Shown: positions 30,901 to 39,514, counted from the stretch's first letter. The stretch is 55,311 bases of DNA from a virus (IMGVR_UViG_3300044846_001238:1-55311); one strand, 5' to 3'. Notes: a model not told the origin generated them from the sequence alone. Numbers and translations: made by a program.

Positions 30901-33900
30901 GTTTCCAGGTTTAAGTTGCCCGTCATAGCTTGACATACCAGTAGATTCAATATCGAAAGGAGTAACGTTAGAGTTGTCTAAAAAGTCTTGAATACCCTGA
31001 ACCCCACCGGTTTTATATGCCTGAGCGATGCGAGCTTGAAGAGCTGCGCCTCTAAATGCACCGCCCTTAGGGGCATAGGCAGGTCTACCGTCAGCGTTAA
31101 AGTTGTCCATGGTCTGAGGTAGAGACGGGGTGCCGGTTTGTGCGCCTAGGTTGCTAGGCTTAGGGGCGGCTGCAGGCTTTTCCTTTGTAACCTCTTCAGT
31201 TGTAGGCTTTTCTGCGGCTGGCTTTTCTTCTGTAGTAGCTGGAGTAGCTTGCTGCTTCCCTCCAAATCTTCTAATAAACTCATTAAGTATAGAGTCTATT
31301 TCGGATTTGTAGATAAACGGAAGCCAGTCTCCTCCTCTATCGTTTGCATGGCTATCTGCTAACTTAGCAATACGGTCAAACATATTTTTTAGAATTTCGG
31401 CAGTAAGTAAATTATTCTCTGTTACTTTTTTCATATAGTCAAATAAAATAACGTCAATATCTTCTTTAGAGTATTCTTCTCTAGGATTGTTTTTTAAAGC
31501 ATAGTCAATAAGGCCATACAAGTTACCAAAAATAGTCATTGCATCCTGCTCTGCAGGTTTTTCTTCTTCTTCTACAACTGGCTCGGCGGCTGGCTTTTCT
31601 GGCGTAGGCTCGGCGGCTGGCTTTTTGTCTTCGGCTGCAGGCTGCTGAGGTAGAGGGTTGCCGTTGATGTCTTTAGTTGGCTTGTAGGTCTTGATTCTTT
31701 GGACAACCTGAATCGGGGTTACGCCTAGGTCAATGATAGGCGGGGTCATATTAACTCCACGGCTATCGTCTAGGGTCCAACCGTTGTTGATGCGCCAAAT
31801 AGTTTCAGCTAAGTCTAGAGTCCTAACGATTCTTTCGATTTCATCTTTAGTTAGGTCAGGCTTTTCTAGAATGGCAACTAGTGCGTTACGCTGCTCCTGA
31901 GTAACTACCCCTGAAGAGAACTGACGGTTAATGTAGTTTCTTTGGTTTTGCGTTAGGTTAGCTTTAGCTACAGCAGGAGTCGCTGCTTCAATTTTCTTTT
32001 TAAGACTCTCTACAGCCTGCTGAATTGTTTCTTTTTTATTAGTAGAGGTTTTTATGTCGTAATCTATTTCAAGCTTGTAGTCGGCACTAATTACCTTAGC
32101 GGCTACGGCTTTTTGGATAACGTCGTCAAGCTCTGCTTGAAGTTTTGGAAGTTCGTATTCTTCAAAAAGAGTTTCGATTATGTCATTAGCTTGCTCTTTT
32201 GTAGTGTTGTTATTAAAAGCTTTTAAGAAGTATGCAATCGAGGTTTCATCCATGTCGGGTTTGTATTTACCCATAAGACGGGCATACTCTTTGAATTGAT
32301 CGTCAGTAGCCAGATTCTCTTCTGGAATACGAGCATCTCTTCTTTCTTTGATAAGATTTTTTAGACTGTCAGTGCCTTGGCTCTTATCTTCAAAAAGCTC
32401 GCCTGGGTCTTTAAAGCCTTGAGGAATAGTTACGGTAGAGATTTCGTAGTTATATCCAGAATCTTTTAGAGTCTCGTACACGCCTTTAGTGGCTTTTTTA
32501 CCTGGCTCATCGGAGTCAAGGCTAAGAATGATTTCCTTTAAATCGCCGCCAAAAGTATCTTGAAGTAGTTCAATTTGCTTAGGAGAAATACTAACACCGC
32601 TGATTGCAACAACGTTGTTTATTCCTGCCTCTCTATAGGCAAGGACGTCGGCTTGGCCCTCAACAAGAATAAGTTGACCGGTCTCTTTTACAGAATCAAG
32701 AGTGTTCTCTAGGTTGTATAAAACTTCGCTTTTATTAAATACAGATTTATTTGTCTCGTTAGGCCCAGCCGTAAGTATGTATTTAATAGCCCCGCTTTTG
32801 CCACTAATGTCTCTTCCGTTAAACCCTACAACTCTACCCTTCGAGTCCTTAAACGGGAATAGAACTCGATTACTAAAGCTATCTAATAGCCTGTCTTCAA
32901 ATCTGTTTACAAGACCTGTAGCAAGTATTTCGTCTACAGTAAATCCTAGGGAAGTTAGGTGCGCAGATAAAGATAATTTAGAATCTCCAGCAAAAACAAT
33001 GCCGAGCTCTTCTACTGACTTACGGCTATAGCCCCTACCTTCTAGGTATTTAATTCCTTTATTATCCTTAGACGCCATCTGCTTGGCATAGAACTCAAAG
33101 GCTGCTTGCATGATGTCATAGGTTTTTTGTCTGTCTTCTTCGACAACCTCTTCTTCAACTTCTTCTTCAACTTCTTCTTCAACTTCTTCTTCAGCGCTAT
33201 CACCGGCGACATACTTCTTAATAGCAGCTAGTACTTCACTTCTAAGAACATTTATGTCTTGGCCAGACTGAGCAAAAACCTCAATTTCTCCTGAGTCAGG
33301 ATCTAGAATTACATTTTCTTCAGGATAGATATCAAAAAGGTGGTCTGCAAGGTCTTCATAGCCCTCAGGGATGTTTCCAACTATAGAAATCTTTCCATTG
33401 TTTTGGACAGAGTAAGTGACTCTAGGAGAGTCTGATAAAATTCCAGTGGTGTTTACCTCGCCAGTGATAGGTTCATCTTTAGAAGTCTGAGCCGTCTGTA
33501 CCGCAGGTGCTTCGTCAAATTCTTTTTGTATAGCGTTAATTAAGTTCTCTACTAGAACCTGTACTGACTCTGACTCTCCTGGATTAAGCTCTATTACCCA
33601 GTTTTTTCTTTTCTCGTCTTCGCTAAGGAAGTCTTGTCTACCTTGGCCATCCGCTGATTTTTTAGTTCCGTCACCGTTGTAAAAGAAAGGAGGGGTAAAC
33701 TTACCAAGTGTGCTTGGCATTTTAGCTACTGCATTTTGTAGAGTTATGTGGGTAGGTGAGTTGGTGGCTATACTCGGGAATCCGAAAATCATCAGTACCC
33801 TACCGTTACCTAGAACTTCATAAGATACGCGGCGTTTTCCGCCTTTTGTTTTTATAAAAGTACCCTTAGAGCCCGGAAGACCCTTAGCACCAGGAACTGC

Positions 33901-36900
33901 AACAGTTGGCTCCGCTGCGGCTTTGGCCTTAGACTTGCTTCCCATTTTTGCAGCTGTTTTTACAACGTCTTCGTACTTATAGTCGACTTCTGGTATAAAT
34001 TCTTTACCCTTAGAGTCTTTTAGTACTAGTTGAACAGTGCCGTCTTCGTTTTCGTCGGCAGCAACAAATCTATAGGTTTTGCCCTCAATAACAACAATGT
34101 CATTGACTTTTAGGTCTTCAACAGCTTTTTGACCGTCTGTGGTAGTAGTAGCTGGCTCTTCTTCATCTTCTTCAGACTCACCTTGATTAGGTTTGCCCTC
34201 TACATTAGGTTTTCTGTAAACATTTTCTAATTTGTAAGGATCTTTTTCATTAGCTTTTTTAGATTTTTGTACTAAAACTCGATATAGCTCGTCTGGATTT
34301 AAATTTAAAGCTACTACTTTTCCGTCAGGGGCTTGAAAAGTTGCACGTAGGACACGTTTGTTGTTCTTATCTCTATCCGCCTTAGTAGCCACCGAGATAA
34401 CTATAAATTCTGCACCATCGTCTCTTCTAACTACGTCACCGTATTTTAGAGATACCGGGCTACGCTTAGCTCCGTTAGCTAAAGCATCTTCGTATTTTTG
34501 TTTTTCTAAATCTGTTTTTGTTGGTTTAGGGGCGACACCCGCTGTGTCTTCAGTACCTGTAGATATAAAATTAACTTTTTCTTCGGCAGTAAACTCTAGT
34601 GGGTCTTCGTCTTCTTTAGTAGTGACTCGAGTTATCGGCAAATAAGTTTCTACTGTTATAAGACCATAATCTTCGTCTTCAAATTGAAGATCACCGTCTT
34701 CATTCTCGTCAAGAGAGTTTTTTAAGTCTTCATCATACTCATAGAATATCTCTACTTCTTTACCAAGTTCAGTAGTTGCCCAGACTTTTAAAGTTTTTTC
34801 TACTTCAGTTACATTTTTTGTCTCTCCATCGACAATAATCTGGTCTCCGGGGGTAAGTTCCGAGGCAAGCTTAGTCTTTGGCTTTGCTGCCTTTGATGGC
34901 TTTGCATCAGCTTGCTTTTCTTCTATTCTGTATCCAATAATGTCAGCAACTTTTCTAACCGCGTCTGTAAAAGATACGTTTTCAATGTCACGGATAAATT
35001 GGAATACATCTCCACCTTTACCGTCAACAAAACATTTGTAAAGACCATTTTTAGAATCTATAGTTAGAGAAGGAGATGTGTCATCGTGGAATGGACAGAT
35101 TGCTTTAAACTTACCGTTACCGGCTGGCGTAACTTTTGTATATCTTCCGATTACCTCAGCAATATCCGCTCTGGCTTTAATAGCGGCAACATCTTCTTTA
35201 GAGATGCCTTTTTCTTTTTTAGCGTCAACAATAGGACCAGAATCTTCTTGCTGCTGACCGCGAGGTACAAAGAATGTTTTGCCCATAAGCTCTTGCATAA
35301 CAGAGAGAACTTTGATGGCTCTATCGTATTCGTCACCGGCTTTTGGATTATTAAAGTATTTATCTACCCCTCCGCCTATTGTGTGTAACCACTGAGCCTG
35401 AAGACCCCACTTAATTTTTCCATCTTTATCTTTAAATTCTTTAAAGAGTGGTTCGTAATTATGAGAACGTGGTGTTTCTCTGCCCCAGTCTCTTTCCCAA
35501 GCTCCCTCGCCAAAGAGTTCGTCATATTTGCCAGGTATAGCACCCTCTTGAAGACCGTTGGCTTCGTAAAATGCTGCCCAATTATTTCCTTCACCAAACG
35601 GTGAGCTATCTAATGGATAGTAGTCAAATTGACCTAGTGGCTTATTTTGTCTAAACGGGCTTGCTCCTGTACTTCTATCATACTTACCGTCCGCTGATTT
35701 TAAGTTTGCTAAATCAAACCACGAGGCATTGTCTGGGTTTGGAATCTCTAAATCACCGAGTCTTTTAACTCTTCCAGGGATAGCAGTGACTTTATCACTA
35801 ATTACAACGCCAATTTCATCAGCAATTCGACTGAATCCAAGTAGACCAGTTACTTCATCTGGACGTGCTTTAATTTCATATCTTCCAATATTAGGGCCGC
35901 CATCTTCGATTCCTCGACCAACGTTGTAGTCAAAAGCCATGTATCTATCTAGACTTGCGTATCCAGCTGCTGCCTTGGCTTCATCATTTGTTCTTCTAAT
36001 ATTGTTTCTATAGAACGATATAAGCCCGCCGGGCTTTACCCCAAGGAATTTTTCAGCATAAAGAGTATTTACTCTTTTTATTAAATTCTCTATTTTTTCT
36101 GGGTCGTTCCATTGGGTGCCTATGTCAGTTGCATACCCCCTGATATGGTCCCAAAACTGTTCTGGAGTTTCTATATCTTGCCTCGGTTTAAAATTACCGT
36201 TTTCGTCTGTATAATAGTAGACGCCTTTTAGTAGTTCAGGATTTTCTCTTTTTATTTGCTCAAAGAAACTCTTGTATTGTTTGCTAACGGTATCTTCAAT
36301 ATCTTTAGCACTTCTAATTATAGGGAATCTACCCTGAGCCTCAAGATCTTTTGCAATAGCAGAGCGGATAGTTTGAAGTGCTTCATCACCGCTGATTTCG
36401 TCTTTAAGCTCCTGAGCAGGTTCAGCGGCTGGCTCTTCCTGTACTGCCTCGGAGGTAGGGGCGGCTTCTTCTTGACTTTCGGTTGGAGTTGCGGCCTGAG
36501 AGTCTCCGGCCTTAAAACTTTCAAGTGCCTCTTTACGCTGAGCGGCGTTTTCTTCTGGGGTTAGTCTGTTGTCTTGAGCATAAGCTCTGGATACAATACC
36601 ATCAATGCCCTCATTGGTGACGTCAGGCCCCTCAGGGCGATTTGAGTCGACAGGGGTGTTCCAGCCGTCGTCTTCGACTGGTTCAGCTGTTTTATAGTAC
36701 TCTTCTAATACGGCTTGGTACTGCCTTTGAGCCTCTTCAATTTGTTTGTACGCACTGGAGTTTTCAATTGCCTTTAAGACTTCTTCTTTAGTGCCTCCGC
36801 TAAGAATAAGGTCTTTTATAGAGCCGTCTTCATCGTATACCGAAATGGAGTCTAAAACTCCTGAAAGCCTGTCGGATATAGGTTGATGGCCAGGGTTTTC

Positions 36901-39471
36901 GTATCGATCGTAGCCGGCTTCTAATTCTGAAACTATTTCTTCGCGGAGTGCTAAATCTTCTTCCATATAGGAAGCTGCTTCCAAATCACCCTCTGATTTT
37001 AGCTGCTCAATATACTTTTTAGTACTCTCTACACCAGATTTAGCGTCTTCTATTTGCTGTCTACGATACTCGGCTGCCTTGTTTTCAACTTCTTTGTCTG
37101 CAGCAATTTTTCGCTTGGTGGCTTCAGAAATTATTTCAAGTTGTTTCTCTCTATCAAGGGTAATACCTAGACCCCTATTGCTTGCAAAATAGCCAGCACT
37201 ACGAGCTGGGTACGAGGTGTCCCTAGTTAAAAGGTCATTTATGCGATTTTGATTTTCATCAAACTCTTTTTGTTCTTGTTCGGTGAGCTTTAAATTTTCA
37301 GGAATCTCTACACTAGGAATAAGAGAATACATCTCTACTTCTTCGGCAGTTAGATTGACAGTGCTTTGATCAACTGGGGCAAATAGAGTTTTAGCTTCTA
37401 GGTTAACGGCTTCTTTACTACGGTTGTAGTTGTTTACAACTAGAACATTACCAGTTGCTCTTTGAAATTCATTAATAAATCTAAGAGTCTGGTCGCTCAG
37501 GCCACTTGATTTAAGTGTTATAGTAGAGTCTGGATTAACTTCAAAATTTTCTTCACTTATGCGTCTATTTCTATCAACCTCTGGTTTAAACCTTTTAATC
37601 TCATCCAACACGCTGGCTTCAACGGGGAGTACCTGCCAGTTTACAGACTTAATATTGCCATAAAATCTAAGCCAGTTGTCTCCTGAAGTTCCGCTGACTA
37701 TTCTTTTAACATTTCCTGGCCCTTCTGGTTTAACTATATCTCTTTGTATACCATTAAATTGTAGATTTTGTAGAGTACCACCGGTTGCCTCGTTTGGACT
37801 GATAGAAAGCGGCATTTCGTCTGGGGTTATGCCGAGCTCTCCGCCACCTTCGCTAACTCCAATAAGTCCAATAACGTCATTAACTGCAATTTCTGCAGAA
37901 AGCCGCCCTTCAAAGTTTTTTAATGTGGTGCTTGAGTTAGTATTAAAAGAGTATGCAAAATCCCTATCAAAACTCCAGTACCCAGCCGCAGCGTGCTCTA
38001 TGTTTTTGTAGCTATATATTAAAGAGTTAGCGTTTCTATAGATTTTAATTTTACCATCCGGGTTAAGCTTGAGAATAAGCTCAGCGAATCGTCTGTTGAT
38101 GCGTTTTTGTAGGGCTCTTTGCTCTTCAGTGAACTCCCTGCTCCAGTCGCTCGGTGCCGTACCCTCTCTATCTACCACCAGACCAGTTCCGACAAACATT
38201 TTGTCATTGATTGCTAGTTTATTTAGTAGATTAGAGCGGTCGTTAAAAGTTGGGTAAGCTTTTTTAAATTCAGGGTCTTCGGCTGCTAATGACTCTAAGA
38301 CTTTTTCATATAAATCTCTTATAACTTTTTTTGCACTTGCAGAATCTGACTGTTCTTTAGTGTAGTTGTAGGGTAGGTTTACCTGCCTTTCAGCAAATAT
38401 TGCCATCATCAAGTGCTTGATATCATTGCCATCAACAGCGTCTACAAGCTCGGCATTGTCATCAAAGTAGCGAGCCAAGAATCCGCTTCTAACGTCGTCT
38501 AGGTTAGGAGTAATCTCTGGTCCGGCTGCCTCTCCAGCAACTAGTATTTCAGCATTTTTTAAATCTTCTTCGCGAGTTTGGTTATATTCCTCCGCAATAT
38601 TTACTATTGGATACGGCAGATTCTTTTCTTTTTGAGCACGAACAATGGCCGCCTCCCGCTCTCCCTGCTTATCTGTTATAGGAGCAGGAGCGGCGGTTGG
38701 CTCTTCTTGAGTTGTTGTAGTAGCAGGGGCGGCTTCTTGCTTGCCTTCAGACCACACCTTGATTTCTTGGTCGGCAGGTAGGTTGGTTAGTTCCTGAACT
38801 TGGTTGTTGCTCCAGCGGACAATTGCGTCTACGTTTCCGCTACCGTCTGGGCTAGGTCCAACAGCTTCAACAGAACCATATCTTTTAAGGGCCTCGTCGT
38901 AAACAATGTCGCCCTCTTTAAGCTGAGAAGCAGTTTTTGCACCCTCGGTGCGAGACTTTAGCTCCTCGTCAAGATTGCGAGGAGGTGGCATTCTGTTTTC
39001 AGTCTTTATCTCGTTGGCTTCTTCCTCCGTTAGTTGGCTAGGAGTTAGAGCGGAAAAGTCGATTACAGGAAGTTTAGATGGTACACCGAGGTCGTCTAGG
39101 TTACGGCCAATAGACTTGTAGTAGTTCTCTAGGTAGTCGCCAACCTTAGTGCCTTCGGCAAAGTAGAACTTAACTGGATCAACCGACCCTGCGTCTAGGT
39201 CGTAAACACCTTCTTGGACGCCATCAACGCCCTTAACGTAGAATCTACCGTGGTTAGGCTTGTCAGAAAAACCTACATATACAGCGTCGCCAGTTCCGAT
39301 AGAGCCGTCTGCTTTTTGGTAACGGAAGCGCGAGCTGCGCCCCATCTCAATCCACTCACCAGCGTCGTCTCCGTTTTGGTCACGAAGTTGGCGTTTTGCC
39401 CAGTTACCCCAGTCGGCTCGGCTATGACCGCCGCCCGCAGCAGTAAGGGGTACGTATTCTTCGAAATCCAC
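21913..39471 (-). CDS. Giant 5852-aa polyvalent protein: 2x ART-like, DnaG zinc finger + TOPRIM primase, DEDDh exonuclease, 3x zincin peptidase, GNAT, ParB, Pif1-like helicase
   Basis: Motifs in order: IYRN..GYWSFDRDFA..DE (~37800-38060); FYRN..GYASLDRYMA..DE (~35790-36030); CPFHDD..CFVD (35023-35097); NRVLFP..GFNGR..KY..EGQAD..DSD..KDP (~32390-33120); FDIESTG..HNANFD..HRADAD (~30330-30960); HEYGH (28663-28677); HEYLGH (27721-27738); RRRGLA (~26680); DGNHH (~26125); GGAGTGKS..DEISM..GDDNQLPPV..TIHKSQG..YVALSR (~22960-24385); HEYGH (22177-22191). Confidence 0.9.
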   Translation of the reverse strand: MDFEEYVPLTAAGGGHSRADWGNWAKRQLRDQNGDDAGEWIEMGRSSRFRYQKADGSIGTGDAVYVGFSDKPNHGRFYVKGVDGVQEGVYDLDAGSVDPVKFYFAEGTKVGDYLENYYKSIGRNLDDLGVPSKLPVIDFSALTPSQLTEEEANEIKTENRMPPPRNLDEELKSRTEGAKTASQLKEGDIVYDEALKRYGSVEAVGPSPDGSGNVDAIVRWSNNQVQELTNLPADQEIKVWSEGKQEAAPATTTTQEEPTAAPAPITDKQGEREAAIVRAQKEKNLPYPIVNIAEEYNQTREEDLKNAEILVAGEAAGPEITPNLDDVRSGFLARYFDDNAELVDAVDGNDIKHLMMAIFAERQVNLPYNYTKEQSDSASAKKVIRDLYEKVLESLAAEDPEFKKAYPTFNDRSNLLNKLAINDKMFVGTGLVVDREGTAPSDWSREFTEEQRALQKRINRRFAELILKLNPDGKIKIYRNANSLIYSYKNIEHAAAGYWSFDRDFAYSFNTNSSTTLKNFEGRLSAEIAVNDVIGLIGVSEGGGELGITPDEMPLSISPNEATGGTLQNLQFNGIQRDIVKPEGPGNVKRIVSGTSGDNWLRFYGNIKSVNWQVLPVEASVLDEIKRFKPEVDRNRRISEENFEVNPDSTITLKSSGLSDQTLRFINEFQRATGNVLVVNNYNRSKEAVNLEAKTLFAPVDQSTVNLTAEEVEMYSLIPSVEIPENLKLTEQEQKEFDENQNRINDLLTRDTSYPARSAGYFASNRGLGITLDREKQLEIISEATKRKIAADKEVENKAAEYRRQQIEDAKSGVESTKKYIEQLKSEGDLEAASYMEEDLALREEIVSELEAGYDRYENPGHQPISDRLSGVLDSISVYDEDGSIKDLILSGGTKEEVLKAIENSSAYKQIEEAQRQYQAVLEEYYKTAEPVEDDGWNTPVDSNRPEGPDVTNEGIDGIVSRAYAQDNRLTPEENAAQRKEALESFKAGDSQAATPTESQEEAAPTSEAVQEEPAAEPAQELKDEISGDEALQTIRSAIAKDLEAQGRFPIIRSAKDIEDTVSKQYKSFFEQIKRENPELLKGVYYYTDENGNFKPRQDIETPEQFWDHIRGYATDIGTQWNDPEKIENLIKRVNTLYAEKFLGVKPGGLISFYRNNIRRTNDEAKAAAGYASLDRYMAFDYNVGRGIEDGGPNIGRYEIKARPDEVTGLLGFSRIADEIGVVISDKVTAIPGRVKRLGDLEIPNPDNASWFDLANLKSADGKYDRSTGASPFRQNKPLGQFDYYPLDSSPFGEGNNWAAFYEANGLQEGAIPGKYDELFGEGAWERDWGRETPRSHNYEPLFKEFKDKDGKIKWGLQAQWLHTIGGGVDKYFNNPKAGDEYDRAIKVLSVMQELMGKTFFVPRGQQQEDSGPIVDAKKEKGISKEDVAAIKARADIAEVIGRYTKVTPAGNGKFKAICPFHDDTSPSLTIDSKNGLYKCFVDGKGGDVFQFIRDIENVSFTDAVRKVADIIGYRIEEKQADAKPSKAAKPKTKLASELTPGDQIIVDGETKNVTEVEKTLKVWATTELGKEVEIFYEYDEDLKNSLDENEDGDLQFEDEDYGLITVETYLPITRVTTKEDEDPLEFTAEEKVNFISTGTEDTAGVAPKPTKTDLEKQKYEDALANGAKRSPVSLKYGDVVRRDDGAEFIVISVATKADRDKNNKRVLRATFQAPDGKVVALNLNPDELYRVLVQKSKKANEKDPYKLENVYRKPNVEGKPNQGESEEDEEEPATTTTDGQKAVEDLKVNDIVVIEGKTYRFVAADENEDGTVQLVLKDSKGKEFIPEVDYKYEDVVKTAAKMGSKSKAKAAAEPTVAVPGAKGLPGSKGTFIKTKGGKRRVSYEVLGNGRVLMIFGFPSIATNSPTHITLQNAVAKMPSTLGKFTPPFFYNGDGTKKSADGQGRQDFLSEDEKRKNWVIELNPGESESVQVLVENLINAIQKEFDEAPAVQTAQTSKDEPITGEVNTTGILSDSPRVTYSVQNNGKISIVGNIPEGYEDLADHLFDIYPEENVILDPDSGEIEVFAQSGQDINVLRSEVLAAIKKYVAGDSAEEEVEEEVEEEVEEEVVEEDRQKTYDIMQAAFEFYAKQMASKDNKGIKYLEGRGYSRKSVEELGIVFAGDSKLSLSAHLTSLGFTVDEILATGLVNRFEDRLLDSFSNRVLFPFKDSKGRVVGFNGRDISGKSGAIKYILTAGPNETNKSVFNKSEVLYNLENTLDSVKETGQLILVEGQADVLAYREAGINNVVAISGVSISPKQIELLQDTFGGDLKEIILSLDSDEPGKKATKGVYETLKDSGYNYEISTVTIPQGFKDPGELFEDKSQGTDSLKNLIKERRDARIPEENLATDDQFKEYARLMGKYKPDMDETSIAYFLKAFNNNTTKEQANDIIETLFEEYELPKLQAELDDVIQKAVAAKVISADYKLEIDYDIKTSTNKKETIQQAVESLKKKIEAATPAVAKANLTQNQRNYINRQFSSGVVTQEQRNALVAILEKPDLTKDEIERIVRTLDLAETIWRINNGWTLDDSRGVNMTPPIIDLGVTPIQVVQRIKTYKPTKDINGNPLPQQPAAEDKKPAAEPTPEKPAAEPVVEEEEKPAEQDAMTIFGNLYGLIDYALKNNPREEYSKEDIDVILFDYMKKVTENNLLTAEILKNMFDRIAKLADSHANDRGGDWLPFIYKSEIDSILNEFIRRFGGKQQATPATTEEKPAAEKPTTEEVTKEKPAAAPKPSNLGAQTGTPSLPQTMDNFNADGRPAYAPKGGAFRGAALQARIAQAYKTGGVQGIQDFLDNSNVTPFDIESTGMSSYDGQLKPGNRIVQLGASKKGANGEQIFFNQFIRQEDGVVMSEWSAKNLERPVLDENGNPTGEFVKIDKEWLDQQKSEKEVLEEFIKFIGADAILLAHNANFDISVLEEALDRNGLSLDVLGAIDTLDFVNTALPKYNADDSKGKPVELDAPKRQKDGMKSEDVDPNNPAHFRASAKLEDVLKFFGLEPTGWHRADADAYDASRILNNILDWLIKNPEKESTNALGHRFLDFDKIAQQADKDLISYLKAIGSATPATDKQKSLNPKTNPGYKPEGFAPDLRKLEVPEEKIKEIIAPVQNMTRGQAEEYIASILSDARSGKDPDIKKALEKSKATFVPARSSNTVPNGEPQNGGLREFEVSKRAKDLSIGDRIRAKDSDVYGIIKSIDRKNAGFVKLSVDYEDGSSETLTVKLNALVAVYEEEKPSEVAINDSDEQPGQAATPAAEEPGDQPPAVTPTPTPPPTTVVPEQLPSDRLSVDLSDYLPEERARIRELLDNINELQKLSEAGEPIQILESGNPVTTEKDTDDLINILTSKTDMYDLMVHYGVSKTKARIMSNKLEKLKGEPNYFEELKKVNEYFNDHIRNRKSFSDIEKDRGFRTYLVDRGLIPSVKESYEFILSNDPKIAAIRSRERDLYYAWSQSLKKRGKTKTIREGNVSLTYSADETLKAPGLLRAAVKLQKELPLDGRELRVSIYSPEQLELLNQGTIVGAAVVTDKLAHIGISSSTIGRTGKDPRQGVEGTIDDAVFTLAHEYGHVYDEVALGGQARKDFIEEFKNSELTLYAEENMSENFAEHMADLGYSILTDTKPASQDFKNFIEKAKEDGRIDPLRLDKKGPFFGEGGIQPRRIVAKVGNQEIPDLIEKTEEELKQFENATNANNGTWGAWLRETDESAGYLPNLSDDKVAARYSSVAGVSEEDFANLSSEQQALVLAQVRNRLDPIIEAQRKDSRTYRVFEVPETNIHIRTKDGSVTPEILSSIVNELKELNRFNDMGGMPVIVTLAESNTFTMAGEFLNDKYEGFNVLNQSKTQMHIVLNTTAKHEENPRNNFKKPIPEKGILNTLIHEYLGHGLAKVFLGQDINGKGKHDERFKEFESKFPLYSSDDKHPVSVYGNESIKESFAEFVRAGYLLMRNGQTTDGHPEIKRFLQYLDPLVTTLSPMLKTDKTGSDLASVDKMESPSPRFPRAAKSRDANSDLYTYGRRSAFYSNGLDPYGLPVDADFDEVLFMAYTLAEGTKARYLKNPSSENFYRYAAYASTVNDLYNAKFFSYPKNNPRQTVDTIFDSIVTSTEPGSFRRWQTDKPFVPLRYASSDSKFNNNFVVGSYTDASGNTYQIAYVSSEPSNPADDVSESAYVFVSKPNQTLGDFVGFDSTLNDLIKNSAGQLKIRNHIAGGTLDRGELEIQGTKVDGAYRRRGLATAMLAFAKQNSTKYLRFGTEQTVQEDAWARSVDQNPKNHLGLPAFTNSESGLNPSNVSPIADPALLAGQTSQSFGERTRINFNPDNRDSIEEDLIAQVASEYLNNPVFNGSKDYSSSTGGGLGPNNSVVGAVSVETLSSIAGNEVNEDRVQELIEKINANKGFSDPVVVYYNPKTGQSVVADGNHHVEAAKRIGLTHIPTRVITGEFESSEYLSPKVVGKEWSRSNVPFSSKEWPMHVNPYFVFNNDDLVTRLEDAPIVDPLRDRVVLKSGVEGLSPDMDEISKLMGRLVKDSVTGQIYQVLDEYQEKDGTPTGKVIVVRFAGIADDPDMDAVRETQLIDGRFNFDASGKIYLTSGSISINDEDPYNDLRQYEAELRSIEDLEDVTESFVKSGGQSFIVAESMFFVWTKGGKKGRISKFISPGVVELAVLTNIDKDGNKSYDFYEVPVTDLVPIQHQRETIGSEPAYLSNDMKPNPSTVDKITLLLNSLYSKGFLSTEFYTSMSTAVDGKFQTNSGIEDMYKSLLKLSQRRRSILEDSGKLKKMVLTKNVRAQLGPAPESTDSAPATTTPVTPARPATPAAPATPPPAERPIVKGRMSFRQLYEENKNRNGVPSVDRKVNGPTPIPDSQNPISKPSIEEVREIIDILSEISGYNNSYISDEERDIILNSLAMATAGTASDYLEILRAKRLQKRIENNEPISGINVPQGLKQETKDKLENYTPNSNLDGSPYGEQTEIIDDDEETRDLISFIDTGLLPGSLLLITGGAGTGKSTVLRRLIFELEPRKNIISVASTGVAAHNVGEGKSATIHSVFRINPNVIVAEGFTQEDPENPGQQISTLDFFIRELRRDTKRLRLFRDADILTIDEISMVDANTMELIDLSLRVARNNQKPFGGVKVVAFGDDNQLPPVEAWSPNKQAKLEADLKEIDDLSFADKNQQETENKKLARIKASKFDRDKHNYMLSEYGGYRWYKSNVLGVSNPLAYMLTKNRRQEKDKPYAEALQKIPKAQVTASELAYFNESNVEVPKEILDRGIIRLVLTNERARSINEVEVRKLQQSGALGIEFEGTFTGEGKSAFTEDNLHVPEKITYYVGEKVIFVLNDNADLRREAGFAGKTNRWTNGTQGTVVDFDEDDGLPIVEIVSEDGTKNRVKVGYGKSTAKGAEGYTQIDELTGKVVEKSGIGVLAEYTQIPMLPAYAMTIHKSQGLSIERAIVDLQNADGTDGKAFAAGQLYVALSRLTSKNGLFLTRKLDYKDFLVDEDNERYYENLVKITQESLKAEADAAKAPEGPTVDKKVGSTDKILFKNVTKADVKTAKKILEHRAKPIPNLPSDWGTRDLSDYFFSQFGYGEEESFKQNLNAIMSEKVENLHSEQKLLVSLIVAHGKADIYEHAETGTTIKRHLEDGLFSNKNASDADILRATAAHKRILDSGYFIGGGAMDIHLKDLSYIMKKAAGMFSPDQDQIDLDINQVYKLAFKNVRDRVSEEDKLTYVLAHEYGHLLDNAFSENGERLSVVLENLIKSGMQNRAKEMLDGYALSSLSEYFAESYAGLVLQPVLSQLGYSDRVFMDEALVDEIKNRINVRNSE
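33145..33192 (-). repeat. In-frame 12-bp repeat encoding (EEEV)n linker
   Basis: TTCTTCAACTTC-type units encode EEEVEEEVEEEVEEEV just before the primase catalytic domain. Confidence 0.85.
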
Positions 39472-39506
39472 AGATAAGTCTTTCTTTGGTGGTAAGGCCT
39501 ATAGCA

Positions 39507-39512
39507 ATTTTA
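39507..39512 (-). promoter_or_regulatory. Putative -10 element (TAAAAT) upstream of the 5852-aa gene
   Basis: TAAAATTG, the same octamer as upstream of the capsid leader, about 35 nt before the GTG. Confidence 0.4.
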
Positions 39513-39514
39513 GT

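Noticed and set aside
29680-38940. Inteins/Hint domains suggested by A..L..GD motifs
   Set aside because: I found no matching N-terminal Cys block, TxxH block or terminal His-Asn around these motifs. They fit small SH3/KOW-like barrels better.
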